A stretch of 64,000 nucleotides of DNA from Octopus bimaculoides (lineage: Eukaryota): positions 176,351,701 through 176,415,700 of the forward strand of contig NC_068981.1 in the NCBI RefSeq assembly GCF_001194135.2, in the 5' to 3' direction. Positions 39,315 to 51,823 of the stretch are shown piece after piece; position 1 is the first letter of the stretch, and each line of letters begins with the position of its first letter. A program made the translations under genes and the position numbers. The notes under the pieces were generated by a model. The model had not been told where the DNA came from and made no database searches. It saw nothing but the letters and a program-made list of their open reading frames with translations.

Positions 39315-39366
<52 letters not shown>

Positions 39367-39485
39367 TAATAATAACAATAACAACAACAACAACAACAAC
39401 AACAACAATAATAAAAATAATGATGATGATAATGATGATAATAATAATAACAATAATAATAACTAATAATAATAATCATAATAAT
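39175..39485. repeat. (AAT)/(AAC)/(GAT)n tract with a 120-bp higher-order duplication
   Basis: 39241-39300 and 39361-39420 are identical. Confidence 0.95.
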
Positions 39486-40033
39486 TTCAACAGTATTTTT
39501 TCTTTTTTTAAGATTTAATTCAACTTTTTTACAAAATTAATTTTTTTATTCCAAAAAAATTTTAATTTAAACACTACTTTTTTTGTTTTTAGTTTCAGAT
39601 CTTTTAGCTTTTTTTATTTAATTTTTTCAGAAAGATTCTGTGGAATAAATTCTTCCTTCAATATAAAAATATTTTGGATATCAATTTATTACTCTATTTT
39701 TTTTAACATTAAAATCTAAATTATTCTCTTTAAAAACTACAAATCCCTTCTTTTCAATATCGGTTGCAAATGCCATTTATTCAAATTATGATCAAAGAAA
39801 TATTTCTCTTAAAATTTGAAAAAAAGAAAAATTTTTCTCTCATTTAAGGTCTTTGTGACCTTTTTAAAGAGGCTGGGTCATGGCAATCTAGACTCTAATC
39901 CCTAAATATATACAACAAAGAAAATCATTATAAATAATTGATATTACCATTTTTAAAAAAAAACTCAAATTACTTGACTGAAATATAGACATAAAAATGC
40001 TGGATTTAGAAACTTGTTAAACATATTTATTAG

Positions 40034-40204
40034 ACCCCATGGTTTTTAAATGGTTTAACTTGTGTCTGGGTCATCTTAACCTTTTCTACAACCAGAGCAG
40101 GTAAAATCAACATCAGGTTAATCAGAGACGGTGGAACCAAATCAGACGTCAGGCGATGTTGCGTTGAGATGGGTCATTGTTCAGTTAAAGCATTGTGTGG
40201 ATAG
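40034..40204 (+). CDS. Candidate terminal coding exon of a small secreted Cys-rich peptide precursor (CC-X5-C-X5-C, amidation Gly)
   Basis: Open frame TPWFLNGLTCVWVILTFSTTRAGKINIRLIRDGGTKSDVRRCCVEMGHCSVKALCG* directly after TATTTATTAG (phase-0 acceptor); AATAAA near 40302; unique sequence in AT-rich flanks. No in-frame ATG, so an upstream exon is required. Confidence 0.35.
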   Translation, partial: TPWFLNGLTCVWVILTFSTTRAGKINIRLIRDGGTKSDVRRCCVEMGHCSVKALCG

Positions 40205-40596
40205 CAGACTTTAGCCACATGTCCTGGAGTAGCTACTGCAATGCATTGAACAATTACTTTGGGATCCAACCACATGTAACTGTTACAACTTGAGAAACAT
40301 GAAATAAAGAGTAGATTAAATAAGCTTAGACTGTCATAAAACAGGCTCCTTTTGTCATAAAATTTTATTGAGTGGGTGTTATAATGCATGGTATTGTGCT
40401 GCATGGTGTCACTTTTTTTTTTTTCTCTCATACATGCATTTAGAAAGAAAAAACTCAGTGTTGTTATAAAGCTTGGAAAATGGTAAACTGGTATGCTGGT
40501 AAAGCAGTGCAAAAGAATATTTATAAGTGGAACAAAGTATAAAATCTATTGCATCTTTGCAAACATTGTCTGATATAAATTCAGATGTAATCATAA

Positions 40597-41172
40597 GTAT
40601 GGCTGTGTGGTACGAAGCATGCTTCCAAACCACATGGTTCTGAGTTCGGTCCAACTATGTGGTACCTTGGGTAGGTTTCTTCTGCTATAGCTTTGGGTCA
40701 ACCAAAACCTTGAGAGTGAATTTGGTTGACAGAAACTGATGGAAGCCCATCGTATATATATCATCATCATCATCATCATCATCATTTAACGTCCGCTTTC
40801 CAATTTGATCTGGCAGAGTTTAAACAGCTGGATGCCCTTCCTAATGCCAACCACTCCGAGAGTGTAGTGGGTGCTTTTTACGTGCCACCGACACGAGAGC
40901 CAGTCCGGTGGTACTGGCAATGGCCACGCTCGAATGGTGCTTTTTTACGTGCCACCTGCACAGGAGTCAGTCCAATGTTTTGTTCACATTCCACCGGCAC
41001 GAGGGCCAGTAAGGCGAAGCTGGCAACGATCGCACTCAAATGGTGCTTTTTACATGCCACCGACACGGAAGCGAGACCGCTGCTCTGGCAGTGATCCCGC
41101 TCGGTTGGTGCTGTTAGCGCTCCACTGGCACCTGTACCAGTCATCAAATTTGGTTCAGTTTCCATCTCACTT
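40597..41172. mobile_element. Family A 5' half (+, about 40597-40760) abutting a family C element with 4-5 internal modules (-, about 40762-41172)
   Basis: Family motifs. Confidence 0.82.
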
Positions 41173-41176
41173 GCCC

Positions 41177-41234
<58 letters not shown>

Positions 41235-41539
41235 TATATATATATCATCATTTTAATTTGTACTTTTCATCTTACTACTCCTCTAGATTTTCTACATCTT
41301 AATCTCCTATTTTCAAACAAGGTAATATTTCCCCCTAACCTAGACATGTTTACACAGAAGATTACTAACAAGTATCTCTGCTTGTACACCAATGAACTTT
41401 ATTTACTTATATAATTAGTGCACAGTTTAAACAGGAAGCACACACTCATCCATGCATGTATACGTATCTACATACATACACAAACAAATACACAAACGTA
41501 TACATAAGCTGCTTTCTTCCAAGGAATCAAATGCTATTA

Positions 41540-41749
41540 GCTTAGTTTTTTCTTGAGGCTGGCCAGATTGGAGCAATATCGAGAATAACCAGCCGAAATT
41601 GCAAGGATTATCTGGATCTCGACTGAAGAGAGAAAACTCCGAATGACCTGTCCTTGTTTTCTTTGTATCGTCTATCTTTATGTTTTGTCCCTTTTTGTAT
41701 TACCTAACTGCCTGGATGTTTTGCGTCCTTGTCCCATTCTGTATTATTT

Positions 41750-41780
<31 letters not shown>

Positions 41781-42200
41781 GTGTAGGTATCAGTGGGAAA
41801 AAATGTGCTTAATTAAACTAGGAAACCCGCACTTAAATAATACTCACCCTGCCCTGATTACCCAATGAAACTAACCAATCTACCACAAGCAAACTTCTAC
41901 CCAGCGAATTTACCAGAGCAAGAACAAAAATTTAATGTAAGAATTACCAATTTGTTTACATTACCATCACATGTCTATCAATTATTTTCACATCTTGACC
42001 GATGCGTCTATCTATATTCACATTCTGAAGAGATTTACTTAAACCAGTAAATTGAAACGATCGCAAATGCTACCCTTATCTCTACTTCTTCCTCCTTTGT
42101 TATCTATTTAATTAAAGACATACCAGCGAAAACCACGAGTTTCCCATTGTTATTATATCCATTTTCTTCTCTTATATAATATATAGTTTGTGTCTTTTCT
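41540..42200 (+). mobile_element. Penelope-like remnants around (TA)n with two hammerhead-like motifs
   Basis: Motifs at 41551-41604 and 42021-42069; 41580-41700 resembles 52700-52860. Confidence 0.5.
42021..42069 (+). ncRNA. Near-canonical minimal type I hammerhead ribozyme, probably inactivated
   Basis: CATT-CTGAAGA-GATTTACT-taaacc-AGTAAATT-GAAAC-GATC-GCA-AATG: canonical core, 8-bp stem II, 4-bp stem I; U16.1 appears as C. Confidence 0.6.
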
Positions 42201-42894
42201 ATTGATATGTAATAAATTCATTCACAAGGGCTTTAGTTGGCTCTGTGCTGTAGTAGAAGACATTTAGATTAAGATTCCACAAGTGGGACTGAACCCAAAA
42301 CCATGTGGTGGCAAAGCTAACTTCTTAACCACTCAACTATGTTTTTACCTTTATATATGTATGCATGTATGTGTGCGCATGTGTGTGTGTGTGTGTGTGT
42401 GAACTTGTCTGGACAACACAAGCTAATTGTAAACAAACAATGCCATTGTACACACAGTAGCATTTGTTTGCAATCTTCCATAAAAAACATGTTTTGGCCT
42501 TGTGGGCATTTGCCCAAGATGTCACACCATGGGATTGAACTCAAAACTGCATGGCTGCAAGCCAAGCTTCTTAACCACACAGCCATACCTTTGCCCATAC
42601 ATATTGAACATTTAGTAACATAATGTTATATGACTTTTTTTTTTTAAATAAAAGAAAATCAACTTAAAACAAACTGGAACAACTAGAAAACTTCTGTGTC
42701 GTATATTGATACCCACCAATCAATATATAACATTAAAACTGTTCTGCTTCATTAAGGTGTGATTGAATACTAAATTATTCAATATATGCAATGGTATATA
42801 TTATTGATAAAAGAATATTAACGCAATGACAGTGCTTGATGTCTTGTGATAGAGCTTATTAATGTACGTGTACAGTTAAACATCCACCACAAGA

Positions 42895-43090
42895 TCCCCT
42901 TCTTATTGTGATGTGGTGGCTTATGTGCCTTAATGAGCCTGGCTTCCCATGCTGAACAGGTCATAGGATAGAGGCCAGACTAATATGGACCACTTCTTCC
43001 CAGAGGTAAAAATGGGTTTGCATAGGGTCAACACCCTTAGCTAGAAACAGGCAAAGTTACAGAAAAAGCATTGAGGATAATTCCTAAACA
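42895..43090 (+). mobile_element. Probable RTE-type LINE 5' UTR remnant
   Basis: CTTATTGTGATGTGGTGGCTTATGTGCCTTAATGAGCC...CCCATGCTGAACAGGTCATAGGATAGAGGCCAGACTAA resembles RTE 5' UTRs recalled from memory. Confidence 0.45.
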
Positions 43091-44114
43091 AGACCTAGAA
43101 GAGGATTAAGTCTTTGACAGCTCAGAATCAAGAACAGAGGAGAAAAGACATTGGTGATCTATGCTCCACAGTAGTTAGGATGCTGCACTTATGATTGTGA
43201 GGTTGTGGTTTCGATTCCCAGACTGGTTGTGCATTGTGTTCTTGAGCAAAACACATCATCTCACATGGTTCAGGTCTACTCAGCTGTAAAAGGATAACTT
43301 TGAGATGGATTGGCATACAAGGGTGGCTCAGGAAAAGCACCTGAACAGAGGTCCTGTGGGCCACGTTTTTGTGCTCACTGCCCAAAACAATGAATAGTAC
43401 ACTGCTGTGAATCCTGACCGGAAGATGATGCTGATAAACAAGACCAGAAAATATTTCATCTCCCGTTGGAGCATTGCTTCCTTCTCTGGGACAATGCTGT
43501 TGCTACGTAAACAGTGTTCCCAGACAGCACCCAGAGAAAGGACCATTGACTGACTGACATGATATCACTCAGAGACTTGCCCCAGGTTCTGGTCCACAGG
43601 CATGTTGTCCCCTCTCTCTCAGTTCTTTTGTATCACTACTATAATGATTTCAATTCCTTGGAGCTGGTTGGTCTTGTAACTCCTCCATTCATACAACCCC
43701 AGCCTAATCATGTCCCCACCTCTCATTGCCTCTGTTGTGTTCATTCATCAAGCCTCACACTAACCACTATCCCTAGGCCTTTTTCCCCAGAACCCCATCC
43801 CACTGGAACCTTCTCCTTGCTCATATTTTTCCTGCAACAGTTTAGACAGAACATTAATCATTCAAGCCTACTGACTTCAAATGGTCTGCAAATGTCATGG
43901 GCACTGTCCCTTTATCCTAATTATAAGATACAAATGTTTCCGTATCATCTCCATTGGCAACACCAGTTTATGGGAAAATTCTAAATGAAAAATCACGTAA
44001 TATTTGCGGTTTTAGACATTGGAGAGGCACATCATCGTCATCATCATCAGCAACTTCATCACTACTGTCATCATTGTCACCACCACCACCACCACCACCA
44101 CCACCACCATCATT

Positions 44115-44170
<56 letters not shown>

Positions 44171-44489
44171 TACTGTTGCTGCCATCATCACCACCATCAC
44201 CATAACCAACACCACCACTACCATACTAACATCTGCTGTCATCCTCCTCCTTCTCCTCTTTCTCTTCCTCCTCTTCCTATTCCTCCTCTACATCATTATC
44301 ATCATCGTCGTCATTGTCACTATCATTACCATCTTCATCATCATCATCAACGTCACCCATCATTGTCATTGCTATCCTCACTAAATTTCAATATTCTTAT
44401 ATTCCTGTGTTTCCTCAGTAAGTCCACCCATCGGGCACAGTTTGGAGGTTGAGAGATATTGTCAGACTACATACGTTTTACTCTGCATA

Positions 44490-44866
44490 TTCTTTTATTT
44501 GTTTCAGTCATTTGATTGTGGCCATGCTGGAGCACCGCCTTCAGTTGAGCAACTCGACCCCCAGGACTTATTCTTTGTAAGCCTAGTACTTATCTTATCG
44601 CTCTCTTTTGCCGAACCACTAAGTTACAGAGACGTAAACACACCAACATCGGTTGTCACGCGATGGTGGAGGGACAAGCACAGACACACACAGCCACAAA
44701 TATATATATATATATAAGTATATATATGACGGGCTTCTTTCAGTTTCCGTCTACCAAATCCACTCACAAGGCTTTGGTTGGCCCGAGGTTATAGTAGAAG
44801 ACACTTGCCTAAGGTTCCATGCAATGGGACTGAACCCGGAACCATGTGGTTGGTAAACAAGCTACT
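44490..44866 (-). mobile_element. SINE family A, near full length
   Basis: Family consensus in reverse. Confidence 0.9.
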
Positions 44867-45499
44867 TTATTTCATTTCAATTTGCCATAAAGGTAGTACA
44901 CAGAGAGTAGCTACGGGCTGGACAAAAACATTAATGAGATGAAATGGATGATAAATATGATGGCATAATGAGAGAAGGCAAAAGCCGCCCGCCGAACTTT
45001 GCTTCTCTATAACACTGTTCTTTATAAAATTAAATTTTCATATTGAGGCTATGAACCTCGTACATAAAAAGTCATAAATTAAGGCATTTGCCTCTTACGA
45101 TTTTTCATTACACAATATGAGGCACTCGTCCTCTTAGGTTTTTTCGCCCGATATAGCCTTCGTTTCTCTCAAGCAAAACGATGGGTCTGGGTCGGGCCAC
45201 TTTTCAATACTGAATTCGCCGAGGGGGAAGGAATTCACCAACGCACCTATGTGCCTACTCGACACGACCTCCGCAGACACCTGCGGAGGCCAGTCCAGAT
45301 CCTTAGTACAGGTGAGGACTCCCTCTCTCTCACACAGCCACTCCTGTGCCAATGTTTTACTCTCTGTCGTATGTTTTTTTTTTCTTTTTTCTTTAGGTAA
45401 CTTACTTAATTCTTCTTTGTCAGAGACTTCTTACCTTATTGAAGAAAATATTAGTTATTCATGTTTGTTTTTAAACTCTTCTTCTATTTCATTTTGTTA

Positions 45500-45896
45500 T
45501 CACCATCACTGTCAACGTCGTCGTCATCATCATCATCATCGTTGTTGTTGTCATCATCATTATCCTCATCGTCATCATCATCATCATCATCATCGTTGTC
45601 ATCGGCATCAGTGTCATCATTATCATCATCATTGTCGGTCGTTATCATCATCATCATCATCATTGTCATCGTCGTCGTCGTCATCATCATCATCATTGTC
45701 ATCGTCGTCGTCATCATCATCATCATCAATGACACTATTATGAACATCATAACAACATTATCAACATTGTCACCTTTGCTATAGTAATCATTATCATTGA
45801 TATCATCATCATCATCATCATCATCATTATCAGCCTCATTTCTATCACAGGCTACATCAAGATCATCATTATCATTATGATCACTTTCATATTTGT

Positions 45897-45930
<34 letters not shown>

Positions 45931-46815
45931 GTCGTCGTCGTCGTCGTCATCACGTCTGTCATCATTATCAGCGTTTTTTTCTTCTTCCTAAGCTGCATTC
46001 AACAGAACCACCATCATTATCCTCCTCCTCCTCCTCGTCCTCTTCCTTCTCAGCAACAACAACAACATCATCATCAACATTATTGTCATCGTATGTATGT
46101 ATAATGTCCAGTATATCTTCCAACGTTTGCTGACCTAGATTGCTACCACACTCCCCACCACTCCTACATTCTCCTCCCATCACACACACACACACACACA
46201 CACTTGCTGTTTCTGACATTGATCAATTCATCTCAGTAAACACAAAAGGCCTTGACAATCAGGTGTATGATTGTGTCTCTTCTTTAGAGAAAAAGATACT
46301 GTCTGTACACACATACACACACCCATGTTAGCAACACATACACACACCCATGTTTGCAACACATACAACACACACACACACACACATACATACACACACA
46401 CATATACACACACTCATATACATACATATATGCACACATATATTATTAAAAGTAACTGGTAAAATGGCCTCTTTCAAAGTTTAAGACGAGTATCGCATTC
46501 GTTTGATCAATCGATTTATTTAATTACTTAATTAACATGTCACTGAAAGTCGTGGTATTTGTTCCAATTATCTATGTTCTGAGATCAAATCCTGCCAAGG
46601 CTAATTTTGTTTTTCATCCTTTGTGGGTGAATAGTTAAATAAAAAGTAACAATCATGAACAGGTACAAGTACGGGGTGTGTGATAAGAAGCTGGCTTCCC
46701 AAGCCACATGGTTCCAGGTTCAGTTACCACCAGCCCCCATTGCATGGCACCTTGGGTAAATATCTTCTCCTTTGCCTCTGACCAACCAAAGCATTGACAC
46801 CATCATCATCATTGG

Positions 46816-46851
<36 letters not shown>

Positions 46852-47034
46852 TATCAGCCTCGTTTCTGTCACAGACAACATCAAGGTCATCATTATCATT
46901 GGGATTACTTTCATATTTGTAATCATCATCACTGTCGTCATTGTCATCATCCTAATCACCATCATCATCATCATCATTACCTCCTCCTCCTCTTCTTTTA
47001 ATCATCATCATCATCATCATCATCTTCTTCCTTC

Positions 47035-47065
<31 letters not shown>

Positions 47066-47285
47066 CTTCCTTTCATCATCATCATCATCCTCTTCCTTCT
47101 CCTCCTCATCATCATCATCATCCTCTTCCTTTCATCATCATCATCATCCTCTTCCTTCTCCTCCTCCTCCTCCTCCTCCTCCTCCTCTTCCTTCTCATCA
47201 NNNNNNNNNNTCCTTCTCCTCCTCCTCCTCCTCCTCCTCCTCCTCTTCCTTCTCATCAACATCATCATCATCAACATCATTGTCA
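45500..47285. repeat. Region dominated by (CAT)/(CGT)/(CCT)n tracts
   Basis: Direct reading; interrupted by (CA)n and a family A head near 46670-46800. Confidence 0.85.
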
Positions 47286-47339
47286 TCTGTGGATCTGGTA
47301 AGATGGAAACTAAAAATTACATACATACATACATATTCT

Positions 47340-47990
47340 TTTTTTCTTTTATTCTTTTATTTGTTTCAGTCATTTGACTGCGGCCATACTGTAGCACCAC
47401 CTTTAATGAAACAAATCGACTCCAAGACTTATTCTTTGTAAGCCTAGTACTTATTCTATCGGTCTCTTTTGCCGAACCGTTAAGTGACAGAGAAGTAAAC
47501 ACACCACCATTGGTTGTCAAGCGGTGTTGGGGGGACAAACACAGACACATAAACGTATATACACACATACATATACACATACATATACATATATATATAT
47601 ACACATATATACAATGAGCTTCTTTCAGTTTCTTATTTCTTTATTGCCTACAAGGGGCTAAACATAGAGGGGAAAAACAAGGACAGACAATGGGATTAAG
47701 TCGATTACATGGACCCCAGTGCGTAACTGGTACTTAATTTATCAACCTCGAAAGGATGAAAGGCAAAGTCGATCTCAGCAGAATTTGAACTCAGAAAGTA
47801 ATGGCAGACGAAATACCGTTAAGCGTTTCGCCCGGCATACCAACGATTCTGCCAGATCGCTGGCTTCTTTCAGTTTCTGTCTACCAAATCCACTCACAAG
47901 GCTTTGGTCGGCCTGAGGCTATAGTAGAAGACACTGAACCTAGAACCATGTGGTTAGTAAGCAAGCTACTTACCACACAGCCACTCCTGT
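47340..47990 (-). mobile_element. Family A SINE interrupted by a family B insertion (47633-47862)
   Basis: Exact 15-bp TSD GCTTCTTTCAGTTTC at 47618-47632 and 47863-47877. Confidence 0.92.
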
Positions 47991-49044
47991 ACCTATTTCA
48001 TTCAACTTTTTTACAAAATTGATTTTTTTTTATTAAAAGAAATTTTTTATTTAAGCACTAGTTTTTTTTTTTTAGTTTGCATTGCACCCATAACTGCAAT
48101 ACAAACAGCCACTCAGCAGTACCCTGTATTGAAAAAACACAAAAACACCTACCCATATTGATGCATTGTGCATGTAAATGCATTTGAATATACATGTGTT
48201 GATATATGTACTTATGCACTTACATGCACAGGCATGCACACACACATGTATGAGCATGCACACATGCAATAACACACACGTATTAACACACATATGAGAA
48301 TGCACACATGTACTAACACACACATACACTGATATATATGAGAATGCACACATGCGCACACACACACACACACACATATGAGCCTACTCACATGTACTAA
48401 CACATACACACACACATATACACAAATATATATATATGAGCATGCAATGATGTACTATAATACACACATACACATATGCAAACAAATATCTACACACACA
48501 TTCATACAAACACCACCACCCTTATACACATCCACACACACACACACACACACTCATACACACACACACTCATACACACCACTCCAAACCCCACACAGAA
48601 AAATAAAGAAAAATTTGAAAAAAAAAAAAAAGAAAAAATTATCGATTCCAGATTTTTCCAAAATTTCTTCATGAAGTAAAATTATTCTGGTGAGTTCCCA
48701 CAGAACACAAAGGGGAACGGGTGGGAGAACAGAATGGAATACCATTTTTCAATTTAGTCAATTCTATCTTCAATAGCTGCATTTTAAAGTGTTCTTCTTG
48801 TTGTTACCATTTTGTTCTTTATTATTTTATTTGTTTTTTTTTTCCTTTTTATTTTTAATGGGTAGGGATAAATATAGTGATATAGCTTATAGTCAATGGA
48901 TACCCATCCGTTAGTCTTCCTTCCTTGCTTTCTTTCTTTGTTTCATTTTTTTTTTCCTTAATTCATTCTTTGTCTTCTTTTTTTTTTCTCTTTACTTTCT
49001 AATCCTGAGGTAGTATTCCACAAAATAAATAAAATAAATCACAA

Positions 49045-49176
49045 AAATTGTTTTATTATTATTACTATTATTATTATCGTTACTATTACCACTACTACTA
49101 TTACCACTACTACTGTTACCATTACTACTATTACCATTTTATATTATCATCATTTTATATCATTATTATTATTCTA

Positions 49177-49224
<48 letters not shown>

Positions 49225-49433
49225 CATCGTTAACATCATCATCATCATCATCATCATCATTATTATTGTTGTTGTTATTACTAATACTAGCTCTATTACT
49301 ACTATTATTGTTATTATTATTATCTTACATTATTATTATTTTATATCATTTTTATTTTATATTATTATTGCTATTATTATCATCATCATCATCATTATTA
49401 TTATTATCATTATTATTATTATTATTATTATTA

Positions 49434-49480
<47 letters not shown>

Positions 49481-49525
49481 GTTGTTATTATTATTATTAT
49501 TATTATTGCTTTTTGTTGTTGTAGT
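49045..49525. repeat. (ATT)/(ACT)/(ATC)n microsatellite
   Basis: Direct reading. Confidence 0.95.
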
Positions 49526-50585
49526 TACCATTTATGTTAGTAATACAAGATTCATTCAGCCCACCAAAAGACCGACCAACCGACCAACCGACCAGCCAAC
49601 CTACCAAACAACCAACCACACAAGAGATATTTCAGTGTGTTTTTGCTTTTTCCATTTTTTTCTTTCTTTTTTTTTTTGTTTTTTTCCTTGTGGCTTTCCT
49701 TTTCTTATATTTCATTTTTATTCTTTTTCTTTTTTTTATTTATTCATTTTCTCCCTGGAGGAAGTTAGTTATAGGAATTACAAGGGATCCCATATCACTT
49801 GTAAAGTTGTTATTCTTGTTGTCATTATTTTTTACATGCAACTGTTGCCCATAGCAACAAACAACAAAATAATAATAACATTACTTGGAAATAAGACTTT
49901 AAATTGGCACTGAATGAAATAAAACAGGAATAGTCTCCAAGATGTAAAAGATAAAAATATGAAGCACAAAGAGAGAGATACTAAGAGAGAGAGATATACT
50001 AAGAGGGAGAGAGAGGGAGAAATACTGAGAGAGAGAAATACTGAGAGAGAGAGAGAGACACTGAGAGAGAAACAGACAGATAAACAGAGAAAGAGAGAGC
50101 TTACATTTCTAAAAAAAATGGTTTTGAATTTAGAAATAAATTTTGGTTTTTCTTTCTAATCTTCTTCTTACCAAAATATTTTTGCCATCTTATCTGTGTG
50201 TGAATGTAAGTGCGTGTGTTTTTAAACCTGTGCTAAAGACAGACAGCAAAGTTTACAACATAGATGTGTGTATATGTGTTTTAATGTGTATATGNNNNNN
50301 NNNNNNNNNNNNNNNNNNNNNNNNNNNNNNNNNNNNNNNNNNNNNNNNNNNNNNNNNNNNNNNNNNNNNNNNNNNNNNNNNNNNNNATACATATATACAT
50401 ACATCTGTATATATATGCATGCACACATGCTTATGTATGTATGTACGTATGCATGTCAAAACTAAAGATAAATGGTAAAAATACAAAATCCTCTTTGTCG
50501 CTTCCTATAAGAAAAGAAACTTTGGTCTTATCAAACTGAAGCATGCCAGACATGTCCAGTTTTTCAAGCAGTTTGCTTGGAGCAA

Positions 50586-50625
<40 letters not shown>

Positions 50626-50792
50626 TCCTTTTTATTTTGTATCTAAAAATTCTTTGACAGTTTACCATTTCCACTGAGATCTGTATGTAGGAAACTTGGT
50701 TCATGATTTCTTATTCAATTACATGAGCTAGTGACATAGATTTTAGTGGAAGTCAGCTGTTCTTGGAAATGAGAGTTCAATATCCAGATTAA

Positions 50793-51014
50793 CCCTTTTG
50801 TCACTGTATTTATTTTGAGATGCTCTGTGTTTCTTTCGATTATTTTAAATATAACAAAGAATTTAGTAAAATAACTTAGTTATCATTAAGCTAGTGTTAG
50901 GAACATAAATTGTTGCTAAGATTTGATAGAAGATTTTAATTCAAAACTTATGAAAAACAAGACATTTGTACTACAGAGCCAGAGCCAGTGTCAGCTGGGT
51001 TCATAACGAAAGGG
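50793..51014. mobile_element. piggyBac-like MITE, 222 bp
   Basis: TTAA at 50789-50792 and 51015-51018; termini CCCTTTTGTCAC / ATAACGAAAGGG. Confidence 0.85.
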
Positions 51015-51139
51015 TTAAGACAATTTCACTTCTTTTACTTAACAATCTAATTTCTCAGTCAAGAGATGGTCCATCTCTTGCTCAGGATGATTTGCTCTCA
51101 GTACACTGCATGGAGAACCAATAAATGTTTAATATTTCC

Positions 51140-51711
51140 ATCATCATCATCATCATCATTTAACGTCCGCCTTCCATGCTAGCATGGGTTGGACGATTTG
51201 ACTGAGGACTGGCGAACCAGATGGCTACACAAGGCTCCAGTCTGATTTGGCAGAGTTTCTACAGCTGGATGCCCTTCCTAATGCCAACTACTCTGAGAGA
51301 ATAGTGGGTGCTTTTACGTGCCACCAGCACGAAGGCCAGTCGGGTGGTACTGGCAACGGCCACGCTCAAAATGGTGTATTTTACATGCCACCTGCATAGG
51401 AGCCAATCCAGAAGGGGATATATATATGTGTATGTGTGTGTGTGCCACTGGACTGACTCCTGTGCAGGTGGCACATAAGAAACACCATTTGAGCGTGGCC
51501 ATTGCCAGTACCGCCTGACTGGCCTGCATGCCAGTGGCACATAAAAGCACCCACTACTCTCTTGGAGTGGTTAGCGTTAGGAAGGGCATCCAGCTGTAGA
51601 AACTCTGCCAAATCAGATTGGCGCCAGGTGTAGCCATCTGGTCCACCAGTCCTCAGTCAAATCATCCAACCCATGCTAGCATGGAAAGCGAACGTTTAAT
51701 GATGATGATGA
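51140..51711. mobile_element. Head-to-head inverted pair of family C elements
   Basis: Minus copy about 51140-51410 and plus copy about 51444-51711, separated by about 30 bp of TA/TG. Confidence 0.88.
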
Positions 51712-51823
51712 CATATATATGTGTATGTATGTATGTATGTATGTATTTAAGAGATTATGTAAATGTCAGTTGAACAAGAAATTATGAAAGGAACTTCATT
51801 AGCTTACAACTGTTTCTGCTATT

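Noticed and set aside
40174-40512. Minus-strand ORF ending YMWLDPKVIVQCIAVATPGHVAKVCYPHNALTEQ*
   Set aside because: A plausible acceptor exists but there is no recognisable motif or clear poly(A) signal; kept only as the competing explanation for the plus-strand peptide exon.
43330-43990. LINE RT or membrane-protein fragment
   Set aside because: Only faint resemblance (SANV..VP...GKILNE) across several stops and frames; cannot be supported by eye.
48072-48131. Short minus-strand terminal exon VLLSGCLYCSYGCNAN* (and a similar candidate near 49728-49830)
   Set aside because: Acceptor-like motifs are common in T-rich DNA; too short to support without reads.
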